NCBI GenBank assembly: GCA_020634515.1
Contig: JACKBL010000001.1
Span: forward strand, 145,268 to 209,267
Source of the DNA: Ardenticatenales bacterium
GTDB lineage: Bacteria; Chloroflexota; Anaerolineae; Promineifilales; Promineifilaceae
Reading direction: 5' to 3'
Length of the DNA: 64,000 nucleotides
The notes beneath the pieces were generated by a model that was given only the letters and a program-made list of their open reading frames with translations, did not search any database and was not told where the DNA came from. Of the stretch, positions 38,946-47,510 are shown in pieces. The number at the start of each line of letters is the position of its first letter. The stretch's first letter is position 1. Made by a program: the position numbers and the translations under genes.

Positions 38946-39664
38946 CTTTTCCCTCCCGTGGGCGGAAGCGCCGCGCTATACATGGCCCGACGCCAAAGTT
39001 GCAAACTCTCGGTGACGGCTGCGGTGGTGTACTGTTCCGCGGCGGCGGCGTCGCCGGCCTGGGCCGCGGTCAGCAGTCTGGCATAGTAGGCGCGAGAGCT
39101 TTCGCGGGATGCCGGCAAACTAAAATACACCACGGCCATCTGTTGATATAACTCGCCAAACCCATTCAAAATGAGCGTAAAAATTGGGTTGCCCGACAAA
39201 ATCGTTAAGCGGCGGTGCAGTTCCCAGTCCGCCTTTGCCAGATAGTCGGGTGTGTCCGTCAGGTTGGCATAGTCCGCCAGCAGCGCGCACACAGCGGCGG
39301 CGCGCCGCGCCACGGCCAGGCGCGCATAGGTGGGGGCCAGCAGTTGGCGCACTTGCAGCAGATTGGGCACGAAATCGGCGGGCGCGTGTTCCGGGTGGCG
39401 CGCCAACCCTTCCAGGACGCCCAGGTTGCCCTCTTCCCAGTAGTTGCGTACGCGCGTGGAGCGGCCATGCTGAATGTCGATCCAGCCATCCCGCGCCAAT
39501 CGCTGCAACGCTTCACGCAAGGTGGGGCGGGTGACGCCCAACTGCGCGGCAAGATCGCGTTCTGAGGGCAAACTGCTATTCATCTGGAATTCGCCCGTGA
39601 GAATCGCGGCGATCAGGCGGGATTCGGCGACTTCCGTCGGTCGTTGTATTGGTTGCCAATTCAT
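38942..39664 (-). CDS. GntR-family transcriptional regulator (FadR/FCD subfamily)
   Basis: wHTH: LPSERDLAAQLGVTRPTLREALQRLARDGWIDIQHGRSTRV. Alpha-helical C-terminal domain. ATGA overlap with the downstream oxidase. Confidence 0.85.
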   Translation of the reverse strand: MNWQPIQRPTEVAESRLIAAILTGEFQMNSSLPSERDLAAQLGVTRPTLREALQRLARDGWIDIQHGRSTRVRNYWEEGNLGVLEGLARHPEHAPADFVPNLLQVRQLLAPTYARLAVARRAAAVCALLADYANLTDTPDYLAKADWELHRRLTILSGNPIFTLILNGFGELYQQMAVVYFSLPASRESSRAYYARLLTAAQAGDAAAAEQYTTAAVTESLQLWRRAMYSAALPPTGGKR

Positions 39665-39789
39665 ATAACACCATCTTCTGGTAAGAGGTCTGACCAGTTG
39701 GTGGCAGTATAAACGATTATGGTGTTTTTGTCTAGGGGAAAAACCTTCCAGGAAGCTACTTGAACTTTAAGAAATAGCGTAACTACGCG

Positions 39790-39835
39790 CTTTTTGAAAA
39801 TTGGTCCAATCTGGCTTAGCCGTTATGAAATAACT
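39790..39835. repeat. Family A repeat (half copy)
   Basis: gaaaattggtccaatctggcttagccgttatgaaataacttcgg. Confidence 0.5.
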
Positions 39836-39870
39836 TCGGTAATCACGTCGGGCGGTTTAAGCAAGACCAA

Positions 39871-39897
39871 CCCCCTTCCCCCGCGGGGGGAAGGGGG
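39871..39897 (-). terminator. Strong GC hairpin (CCCCCTTCCCCCGC/GCGGGGGGAAGGGGG) downstream of dedA
   Basis: Perfect 13-bp stem with no loop mismatch, about 130 nt past the stop of the 40029-40673 minus-strand gene. Confidence 0.6.
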
Positions 39898-40028
39898 CTA
39901 TTTCGAGAGGGTGGGAGGCGCGGAGCGCCCCTCGTACATTATTACCCCTTCCCTAGAGACAGGAGCAGCGTGTGTGCGATTACCCGTTTGTTTTCAAAAA
40001 TCAACCAGCATCCGGGCAGGGTGAAGCG

Positions 40029-40673
40029 TTACGCATGTTCCGCGCCGGTGCGGGCTTTGACGGCTTCGTAAACGACGGGGACGAGTGAGATGAGGATGAT
40101 GGCCATGATCACCAGGCTAAAGTTGTCGCGTACAATGGGCAGGTTGCCAAAGAAATAGCCGGTCAGGGTGAAAAGAAGGACCCAGGTGATGCCGCCGACG
40201 ATGTTGAAGGCGAGGAAGCGCCCGTAGTGCATGGCTCCGACGCCGGCGACGAAGGGGGCAAAGGTGCGAATGATGGGGACGAAACGGGCCAGGACCACGG
40301 CCTTGCCGCCGTGTTTTTCATAAAACAGGCGCGTGCGCTCCAGGTATTCCGGTTTGAGGAAACGGACCGTGCCGCTGAAGGCGCGAATGCCAATGTAATG
40401 GCCGATTTGGTAGTTTACGCTGTCGCCGATGATGGCCGCGGCGATGAGGAGAAGGATGAGCCAGGTGATGTGCAGGGAGCCGAGGGCGGCAAATGCGCCT
40501 GCCGCGAACAGGAGTGAGTCCCCGGGCAAGAAGGGGGTGACGACCAGACCTGTTTCCATGAAAACGATGCCGAAGAGGATGAGGTAGGTCCAGGTGCCGT
40601 AGTCGCTGATGATCACGCTCAGGTGTTTGTCGATGTGCAAGATGAATTCGATAACGGTTTGGATGATTTCCAT
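40029..40673 (-). CDS. DedA-family membrane protein (SNARE-associated/VTT domain)
   Basis: ...LVVTPFLPGDSLLFAAGAFAALG...GHYIGIRAF...GGKAVVLARFVPIIRTFAPFVAGVGAMHYGRF... Confidence 0.85.
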   Translation of the reverse strand: MEIIQTVIEFILHIDKHLSVIISDYGTWTYLILFGIVFMETGLVVTPFLPGDSLLFAAGAFAALGSLHITWLILLLIAAAIIGDSVNYQIGHYIGIRAFSGTVRFLKPEYLERTRLFYEKHGGKAVVLARFVPIIRTFAPFVAGVGAMHYGRFLAFNIVGGITWVLLFTLTGYFFGNLPIVRDNFSLVIMAIILISLVPVVYEAVKARTGAEHA

Positions 40674-40772
40674 AAGTGTTTTACCTCGGACGTAGGGTGG
40701 ACAACAAGGGCGGAATTATACCCTACTTTTTTCGGGGGTGACTGCGTTTTGCCCACGGCTGGTGGGCGTTTT

Positions 40773-41270
40773 TTAGACGTTGGGGTGTGGTTTGGCGGGG
40801 ATGGCCTGGTTTTCGATCTGGTGTTTGAGGCAGGTGAAGAAGGATAGGCTTTGTTTTTGGATGATGGGATGGAGGAGGTGAGGGGGAATGCCGGCATAAT
40901 TTCCCCACAAATGTACGTCCATACGCCATTGCATCCTGGTTACGCCCGCGGTCCCATTCACCAAATGCATCCGATTGTGCGCCACGATTTGATGTTCCGC
41001 GCCCTGGATGGCCGTTGGTGGCCCCACCGCCACGCGCACTTGCAGTGCTGCTTGCCACGGCGCGGTCCGGTCCAACCAGGCACCTTCCGCCGCGCACGGC
41101 AGGCGCACCTGCCCCACGGGCACGATCAACGTTGCCAGAAAACGACCTGGCTCTACCACGTCTAGCGACTCCAATCCCGCCACGCACCCCCCCATGGCCC
41201 GGGCATCGGTAATGAACTGCCATACCACATCCGGCGTTGCCCGAATGTTCACATCAATCTCGAAGCGCAT
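40773..41270 (-). CDS. SRPBCC-superfamily protein, CoxG-like
   Basis: MRFEIDVNIRATPDVVWQFITDARAMGGCVAGLESLDVVEPGRFLATLIVPVGQVRL resembles the CO-dehydrogenase subunit G fold. Start at ATG 41270; the track ORF runs to 41333. Confidence 0.65.
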   Translation of the reverse strand: MRFEIDVNIRATPDVVWQFITDARAMGGCVAGLESLDVVEPGRFLATLIVPVGQVRLPCAAEGAWLDRTAPWQAALQVRVAVGPPTAIQGAEHQIVAHNRMHLVNGTAGVTRMQWRMDVHLWGNYAGIPPHLLHPIIQKQSLSFFTCLKHQIENQAIPAKPHPNV

Positions 41271-41820
41271 GCCCGTTTCGCTGCGCCTCCTGCCAGGCGG
41301 GAAAGGCGGCAATTGACCGTTCGATAAAGCCATCTACGATTTCGCGCAGTCGCCATTGGGTGATATTTTGCGCGATACCCTCGACCATGACTGCCGGCAT
41401 AAATCGCAATCCCTTGGGACGAGGAAGATTGGCGAGCAGTTCAAATGTGTACTCAATTATCGTCCGCCGTGCCCCGTCAGGAACGAATACCGACTCGCTG
41501 GCATAATATCCCTGAACCTGGGAGGAATTGAAAGATGCCTTGGCCTTGACGGGCGTGAACCCATCAACCGGCACCACACGAATAACGCCCTCATCCTCGG
41601 ACACAACCATCTGCACGTCACAAACAATCGTGATTTCGTAAGCCCCCATTTCCGTTGCGCTGTAGATCATACGAAATTTTTCGTCGCCTAGCGGTTCGTG
41701 CATATTGATGTGTGGGAGAAAATCTACAAGTCGGGTGAGGTCACGATAGAAATTGATCGCCGTCTGGATGTCGGCGGGAAAGGTAAAAGTGCGGCTGTTC
41801 GACCCCGCAATCTTCATCAT
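41254..41820 (-). CDS. Hypothetical protein (SRPBCC/START-like?), translationally coupled to phaR
   Basis: Its ATG overlaps the phaR stop (ATGA). No firm family assignment. Confidence 0.55.
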   Translation of the reverse strand: MMKIAGSNSRTFTFPADIQTAINFYRDLTRLVDFLPHINMHEPLGDEKFRMIYSATEMGAYEITIVCDVQMVVSEDEGVIRVVPVDGFTPVKAKASFNSSQVQGYYASESVFVPDGARRTIIEYTFELLANLPRPKGLRFMPAVMVEGIAQNITQWRLREIVDGFIERSIAAFPAWQEAQRNGHALRD

Positions 41821-42401
41821 AGCGACTGCTCTCTCTCCTCGTCTTCGTTGGGGATGACCAGTTGATTCAAGTGCTCCAATTTGCTTGTGAGCACATCAAG
41901 CTGGCCTGCCAGGCTGGCAATATCTTGCTGCGTGGGCAATCCACGCATTCTTAGCAGTTCCTCCAGGCGCTCCTCCGTTGCGGGAAAGTCGGGCAGGCGG
42001 CGTGTTTGCGCCAGCAATTTGTCGCGCAGCCGGCGTCCCTCCTCTTCCGCCAACTCCCCCTTCTTGATCAACGCCTGAATGCGGCGCTCAATTTCATCAT
42101 CCACCTGGCGAATCAGGTCCAACGGCGCGGCCAGGGCGCTGCGCAATGAACTCAATCGATCTCCCCCCGCCTTCACCAGTCCCGTCAATACGGACTGGGG
42201 CAGGAAGCCGCTTTTCTTTTTTTCTTGCTCAAAAATGATTTGGGTGAGCGTGAGCGTTGTCAGGTCTTCCCCCGTGCTGTGATCCATGACCTGAACTTCC
42301 TGACCATCACGGATCAATTCGGCAATACCATCCAGAGTAATGTACTTCTTGGCCTCTGTGTCATACAGTTTGCGATTCGGGTAACGCTTGATGATGGCCA
42401 T
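41817..42401 (-). CDS. phaR: Polyhydroxyalkanoate synthesis repressor PhaR
   Basis: MAIIKRYPNRKLYDTEAKKYITLDGIAELIRDGQEVQVMDHSTGEDLTTLTLTQIIFEQE is the conserved PhaR N-terminal DNA-binding region. GGAGGG RBS before ATG 42401. Confidence 0.8.
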   Translation of the reverse strand: MAIIKRYPNRKLYDTEAKKYITLDGIAELIRDGQEVQVMDHSTGEDLTTLTLTQIIFEQEKKKSGFLPQSVLTGLVKAGGDRLSSLRSALAAPLDLIRQVDDEIERRIQALIKKGELAEEEGRRLRDKLLAQTRRLPDFPATEERLEELLRMRGLPTQQDIASLAGQLDVLTSKLEHLNQLVIPNEDEEREQSL

Positions 42402-42809
42402 TATTCCCTCCGTAGCGGACAATGGTCTGCAAATCAGTGTGCGGGGCATGAATGTGGTCAGGTTCTCGCTGGGGGCCGGCAAACGCACACATCTGTTCCT
42501 GCCCGTGCATTGCGCTGCGGTTATTGCGGACGTGCGACCTGTTGCGTTAATGCCGGCATCAGGTTCACGGAAGTTATTATAGCCGAGCCAGACAACTTCG
42601 CCATCTGCCCATCAAGACTCGTCGTAAGACTCCTGGGCTATACCCTGCCCGATAGAGTACGCCCACGCCATCCTGATACAAAAAAGGGAGATGGGGTTGC
42701 CATCTCCCTGACTGCCGCCTTCCCCAAAAGCTGTTTCGCGCTTCCGGGAAGGCTTGTTGAGGAACTTTTGCCGGCCTTGACACGGCTCAAGCCCCGCGCC
42801 GGTGCCCAA

Positions 42810-43223
42810 TCAGGCAGTTGTCTTTCTCAGTTCGTCTACCTTTCGGTTGAGGGCATTGACTCGCGTCGTCAACTCCTTGATGTCCTCGCGCGTGGGCACG
42901 TTCATGCGTGTCAGCAACTCTTCCAGCCGTTTGTCCAGCTCAGCTTCGGCTTTATCCGTCGCCTCCCGCGCCTGGCTCTTACGCTGTTTCATCAGGTCGT
43001 CCAGCATTTTGCGCCCGTCTTTCTCCAGCGACTCGCCCCGCTCAACCAGTTTGTTAAAAAACTCCACAAGCCAATCTTGCGACTCATCCAGGGTGTCCTG
43101 CCCCCAAGAAATGAATCCCAGGCCCGCTAGCACCATTTTGCGGGTGCTGCTGACAACCATATTTTCTTTTTCTTCCACAACTTCGATCATTTGTGGCTTT
43201 GCGCCGTTTGTCTTTGTCATCAT
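42810..43223 (-). CDS. Phasin-family PHA granule-associated protein
   Basis: ...VLAGLGFISWGQDTLDESQDWLVEFFNKLVERGE... helical phasin signature. GGAGG RBS before ATG 43223. Confidence 0.75.
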   Translation of the reverse strand: MMTKTNGAKPQMIEVVEEKENMVVSSTRKMVLAGLGFISWGQDTLDESQDWLVEFFNKLVERGESLEKDGRKMLDDLMKQRKSQAREATDKAEAELDKRLEELLTRMNVPTREDIKELTTRVNALNRKVDELRKTTA

Positions 43224-43287
43224 TATTACCTCCAGGATAGCGATGCGATTGATCGCGTAAGGGTGCATCCGTCAATGGATTTAGGCC

Positions 43288-43332
43288 AATCCAGGAAAAT
43301 ATCGATCCGGAAAAGGCGCGATTTTCTGGATT
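43288..43332. promoter_or_regulatory. 12-bp inverted repeat AATCCAGGAAAAT-N20-ATTTTCTGGATT upstream of the phasin gene (candidate PhaR operator)
   Basis: Sits 65-110 nt upstream of the phasin start in a locally AT-richer patch. phaR is encoded immediately downstream. Confidence 0.4.
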
Positions 43333-43689
43333 GGCTTGAGGCTTTTTCGGTATGGAATAGGATCATTCAAATTCCGAACAAGCCTTAGATCGACCGATGC
43401 GCCGGATGGGTCCTTGTCCCTGGCAGAGTCCAGTGTCGAGCCTGAACCAGCCCTGATTGTCGTTTTCAAGTCCGCGACCACCGATAGTGGACAGCCTTTC
43501 TTCAGTTGTCACGCGGCGCAACAAGAGCTTATGACGCACCGCGTTATGAGCAATATAACATGCCCGGCGAAAGAAGTCAATAGACGATGCGGTATCTCTT
43601 TAGGAGCGGAAATTAAAGAAGCTGGCCATGTCATTTCCTTACCGTTCCTTCAAACTGACGAGGCAATTCCGTACTTTATTTCATCGTCA

Positions 43690-43800
43690 GTCCTTAGTAA
43701 CCGCCCAAAAGTAACTTCACGCTTTTTACGGACGGTTACTGACAAGCTGTCCGCACATTTCCGCTAATTTAATTGCGGACAGCCACTTAGCAGTTACGAG
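43690..43800. repeat. Family D repeat (second copy)
   Basis: tagtaaccgcccaaaagtaacttcacgctttttacggacggttactgac...gtccgcacatttccgctaatttaattgcggacagccac. Confidence 0.55.
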
Positions 43801-43814
43801 AATTTGCTCATGTA

Positions 43815-43905
43815 CCAACAAACCTTCCCGGAAGCTCGATTTCAAGCCCCCAGCGTCTCGTCATTGAAGTCCTTGCGCGGCCAGACAGCTTCTGGGAAGG
43901 TGGTC
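43815..43905. repeat. Family B hairpin repeat (single unit)
   Basis: aaaccttcccggaagctcgatttcaagcccccagcgtctcgtcattgaagtccttgcgcggccagacagcttctgggaaggtggtcgtgaacc. Confidence 0.55.
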
Positions 43906-43915
43906 GTGAACCGTT

Positions 43916-43944
43916 TTGACAACCATCAGCCGCCCCGCTAAACT
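43916..43944 (+). promoter_or_regulatory. Candidate promoter for the tungstate transporter operon (TTGACA-N17-TAAACT)
   Basis: gttttgacaaccatcagccgccccgctaaact about 60 nt upstream of the tupA start, which has an AAGGAGA RBS. Confidence 0.4.
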
Positions 43945-44002
43945 ACCCCCCGTTTCACCAACATTGGAAAGACCCGCATCCACCAACTAAAGGAGAAAAT
44001 CC

Positions 44003-44860
44003 ATGCACCGCCTGGTTCGTATTTGTGTTTTGTTCCTTTTCGTTTTCCTGCTAGCAGCCTGTGGGCAGCCCGATCCACAGGTGCTGCGGCTGGCGACGAC
44101 GACGAGTACGGATGATTCGGGTTTGCTGGGGGCGATATTGCCGGCATTTGAATCCGAATATAACGCGCGCGTGGATGTGGTCGCCGTGGGCACGGGACAA
44201 GCATTGGCGCTAGGAGAAGCGGGTGACGCGGACGTGCTGCTGGTCCATGCCCGCGCCCGCGAAGACAAGTTCCTGGCTGATGGGCACGGAACGGCTCGCT
44301 TTGATGTAATGTACAACGATTTTGTGTTGGTCGGGCCGGCGGATGATCCTGCCGGCATTCAAGGTGAAACCCTGGCCGCCGCCGCCCTTGCCCACATCGC
44401 CGCCGCCCAGGCCCCCTTTGCCTCACGCGGTGATGACAGCGGAACCCATATTAAAGAGATCAGTTTGTGGATGAATGCCGGCATCACCCCCGACCCCAAC
44501 GCCGACTGGTACGCCTCCCTCGGCCAGGGCATGGGAGCAACCCTCACCTACGCCAACGAAGTCGGCGCGTACACCCTCACGGACCGAGGCACGTTCCTGT
44601 CGCAGCAAGCCAATCTGCCCAACCTGGTCGTTATGGTCGGCGGCACGCAAATTGCCGGCAACGCCGACCCCGCCCTCCTCAACCCCTACGGCGTCCTCCT
44701 CGTCAACCCCGACAAAGGCGGCATCAACGAAGCGCTGGCCAAAGATTTCGCCGATTGGCTCACCTCCGTGGAAACGCAGCAAATCATCGCCGACTTTGGC
44801 GTAGACAAATTCGGGCAGCCCCTTTTCTACCCTGACTCACAACCGTGGCGCAACCGTTAG
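44003..44860 (+). CDS. tupA: Tungstate/molybdate-type ABC transporter substrate-binding lipoprotein (TupA/WtpA-like)
   Basis: Lipoprotein signal (LLAAC). LRLATTTSTDDSGLLGAILPAFESEYNARVDVVAVGTGQALALGEAGDADVLLVHARAREDKFL matches the TupA-family PBP. Confidence 0.8.
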   Translation: MHRLVRICVLFLFVFLLAACGQPDPQVLRLATTTSTDDSGLLGAILPAFESEYNARVDVVAVGTGQALALGEAGDADVLLVHARAREDKFLADGHGTARFDVMYNDFVLVGPADDPAGIQGETLAAAALAHIAAAQAPFASRGDDSGTHIKEISLWMNAGITPDPNADWYASLGQGMGATLTYANEVGAYTLTDRGTFLSQQANLPNLVVMVGGTQIAGNADPALLNPYGVLLVNPDKGGINEALAKDFADWLTSVETQQIIADFGVDKFGQPLFYPDSQPWRNR

Positions 44861-44884
44861 CCACGCACATTTCCGGCTTTTGAC

Positions 44885-45586
44885 ATGGATACTCTGCTGC
44901 GCGCCTTCCAGGAAGCCCTGCGCCTCCTCCTTTCCGGCGATCCGGCACTCTTCGCCGTCCTCCTCCTCACCTTGCGCGTCACGGGAACGGCCTTGCTTTT
45001 TGCCCTGCTTTTCGGACTGCCCCTGGGCACGATCCTGGGGCTAAGCCCGCGCATCCCCGCCCTGGGCCTGTTGCAACCCCTCATCTACACAGGCATGGGG
45101 CTGCCCCCCGTGGTCGTGGGCCTGTTCGTCTACCTGCTGCTCTCCAATCAAGGCGTGCTGGGCGGGTTGGACTGGTTGTTTACGCCGGCGGCCATGATCA
45201 TGGCGCAAACCATCCTTGCCCTGCCCCTGGTCGTGGGGCTGACGATGACGGCGCTCCAGGGGGTGGATATGGAGTTGCGCTTGCAGATTGTGTCGCTGGG
45301 TGCGACGCGCTGGCAATTGGCGCGGGCCGTGCTGCATGAAGCCCGCATGGGCGTGTTGGCGGCGGTCCTGGCGGCCTTCGGCGGCATCATCTCCGAAGTG
45401 GGCGCGGTAATGCTGGTCGGCGGCAACATCGCCGGTCGCACGCGCGTGTTGACCACGGCTATCGTGCTGGAGACGCGCAAAGGGGATTTCGCCCTGGCGC
45501 TGGCGCTGGGCATTATCTTGCTGTCGTTGGCGTTTTGCGCCAACCTGGCGCTTTTTCATTTACAGTGGTGGGGGAAGGGGCGATGA
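44885..45586 (+). CDS. tupB: ABC transporter permease (TupB-like)
   Basis: Multi-TM permease directly following the binding protein and overlapping the ATPase gene by 4 nt. Confidence 0.8.
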   Translation: MDTLLRAFQEALRLLLSGDPALFAVLLLTLRVTGTALLFALLFGLPLGTILGLSPRIPALGLLQPLIYTGMGLPPVVVGLFVYLLLSNQGVLGGLDWLFTPAAMIMAQTILALPLVVGLTMTALQGVDMELRLQIVSLGATRWQLARAVLHEARMGVLAAVLAAFGGIISEVGAVMLVGGNIAGRTRVLTTAIVLETRKGDFALALALGIILLSLAFCANLALFHLQWWGKGR

Positions 45587-46308
45587 GCCAGCCTCTTTAC
45601 GCGCTGGCGGACGTGCGGCAGCAGTACGATGGTCGCCAGGTGCTGCGCATTGACCGCCTCACCGTGGCGCGCGGCGAAATCCTGGCGGTGATTGGTCCCA
45701 GCGGGGCGGGCAAGAGTACGCTGCTGCGGCTGCTCAATTTTCTGGAACCCCCCGCCGCCGGCGAGATCTGCTATGAGAACAGGCCGGTTTCCTGGCCGCC
45801 GCCGTTGTCCTTGCGCCGCCAGGTGACGACGGTTTTTCAGCGTCCGGGGTTGCTCAGTCGCAGCGTTGCCGGCAATATCGCCTACGGACTCTCTTTGCGT
45901 GGACAAAAACTGCCCCAGGCGGAACAGGATCGCTGGTTAGAACGACTGGGACTGCAACACCTGGCGCGCCAGCACGCGCGCCGCCTCTCCGCCGGGGAAG
46001 CGCAGCGGGTGGCACTGGCGCGGGCGCTGGTGATGCAGCCGCGCGTGCTGCTGCTGGATGAACCGACCGCCAATCTGGACCCGTACAACGTGGGTCTGAT
46101 TGAAACGATTGTGCGCGAGGAGAATGCCGCGCGCGGCATCACCGTGGTCCTGGTGACGCACAACATCTTTCAGGCGCGGCGCGTGGCGCACCGCACGGCG
46201 CTGCTGCTGCGGGGAGAAGTGGTCGAGGTGGGGGAAACGTCGGCTTTTTTCGCGCGCCCGACACAGGCGCAAACCGCCGCCTTTCTGCGCGGCGATCTGG
46301 TGTATTGA
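45583..46308 (+). CDS. tupC: ABC transporter ATP-binding protein (TupC-like)
   Basis: Walker [10 protein letters not shown], signature LSAGEAQRV, Walker B LLLDEP. Start at MSQPLYA (ATG 45583, GGAAGGGG RBS). Confidence 0.85.
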   Translation: MSQPLYALADVRQQYDGRQVLRIDRLTVARGEILAVIGPSGAGKSTLLRLLNFLEPPAAGEICYENRPVSWPPPLSLRRQVTTVFQRPGLLSRSVAGNIAYGLSLRGQKLPQAEQDRWLERLGLQHLARQHARRLSAGEAQRVALARALVMQPRVLLLDEPTANLDPYNVGLIETIVREENAARGITVVLVTHNIFQARRVAHRTALLLRGEVVEVGETSAFFARPTQAQTAAFLRGDLVY

Positions 46309-46312
46309 AAGG

Positions 46313-46412
46313 CGGGACTCTGGCGTTTTTGCAGTGGAGGCTTCAGCCGGTCCACACATGGCGGTTGACCCGGCTAAAGCCTCGACTCCGTTCACCCTAT
46401 GTGGAATTCGCC
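46313..46412. repeat. Family C MITE-like element (inverted copy)
   Basis: ctggcgtttttgcagtggaggcttcagccggtccacacatggcggttgacccggctaaagcctcgactccgttcaccctatgtggaattcgccag. Confidence 0.7.
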
Positions 46413-46466
46413 AGACTCAAGTTAAAAGGGTCCAATCTTCTCGATTGGACCCTTCTTCAGGGGAAA

Positions 46467-47510
46467 TCAAAGCATCTGGTCCATGATTTGCGTCAGAGCG
46501 GACGCGGGTGGACGCAGTTTGTCGTCGGGGAGCAGGGCCAGCGGGTGCGTGTTCAATTCGCTCACTTCCGCGAATGAGGGGCGGCTGTCATCAAAGTAAA
46601 CCAGGCCCGTGATGAATTCGCGGTTCTGCTCCGCTTGATAAAGGCGGGCCAGCGCCCGCGCCCGGTCGGTGGGATCGTAGTCCGCTTCCAATTTGCGCAG
46701 GACGATCATGGAGCCGTCATGGAGGGCGATCTCTTTGGCTTCGCCTGGGGCGTAGTCGTCGATCATGATCTCTTCCTGCCGGGGCACGAAGTCCAGTTCA
46801 TGGAGTTGGATTTCATGCTCTTTGCCGTAGCTGTAGCTCTTGGTGGATTCGTCGTGGTTGTTGAAGGTGACGCAAGGGCTGATGATGTCCAGCACGGCGG
46901 TGCCGCGATGGTTCAGGGCGGCACTGAGGAGGGCGCGCACCTGTTTGGGATCGCCGGAGAAGGAGCGGGCGACGAAGCCACAACCGGCCTGGATGGCTTC
47001 GGCGCAGAGATCGATGGGGGGGTAGGGGTTTGTGCCGGCATATTTCAAAGTCTGACCCTGATCCGCCGTCGCCGAAAACTGCCCCTTCGTCAACCCATAC
47101 ACCCCGTTGTTCTCCACAATGTACACCAGGCGCACATTGCGGCGGCACAAATGCTTAAACTGCCCCATGCCGATGCTGCCCGTGTCCCCGTCGCCGCTGA
47201 CGCCGATGCCGCGTAGCGTATGGTTTGCCAGTAAAGCCCCCGTTGCCACTGACGGCATGCGCCCGTGCAGCGCGTTGAAACCATGCGACATGCCCAGGAA
47301 ATAAGCGGGCGACTTGCTGGAACAGCCAATGCCGCTCAACTTAACGATCTCATTCTGGCGCAGGTTCAACTCATACGCCACAGCCGTGATCTGGCTGGCA
47401 ATGGAATCATGCCCACAGCCCGCGCACAGAGTAGAAGGACGCCCCTTATAATCCGCCTGGGTCAACCCCAAAAGATTCGTTCTTGCCCCCCGTTGTGTTT
47501 GCGTCGCCAT
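46467..47510 (-). CDS. korB: 2-oxoacid:ferredoxin oxidoreductase, beta (TPP-binding) subunit
   Basis: ...TLCAGCGHDSIASQI...GIGCSSKSPAYF...GDGDTGSIGMGQFKH...NNGVYGLTKGQ... Start at MATQTQ (ATG 47510, AAGGAG RBS). Overlaps the alpha stop (TAATG). Confidence 0.85.
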   Translation of the reverse strand: MATQTQRGARTNLLGLTQADYKGRPSTLCAGCGHDSIASQITAVAYELNLRQNEIVKLSGIGCSSKSPAYFLGMSHGFNALHGRMPSVATGALLANHTLRGIGVSGDGDTGSIGMGQFKHLCRRNVRLVYIVENNGVYGLTKGQFSATADQGQTLKYAGTNPYPPIDLCAEAIQAGCGFVARSFSGDPKQVRALLSAALNHRGTAVLDIISPCVTFNNHDESTKSYSYGKEHEIQLHELDFVPRQEEIMIDDYAPGEAKEIALHDGSMIVLRKLEADYDPTDRARALARLYQAEQNREFITGLVYFDDSRPSFAEVSELNTHPLALLPDDKLRPPASALTQIMDQML

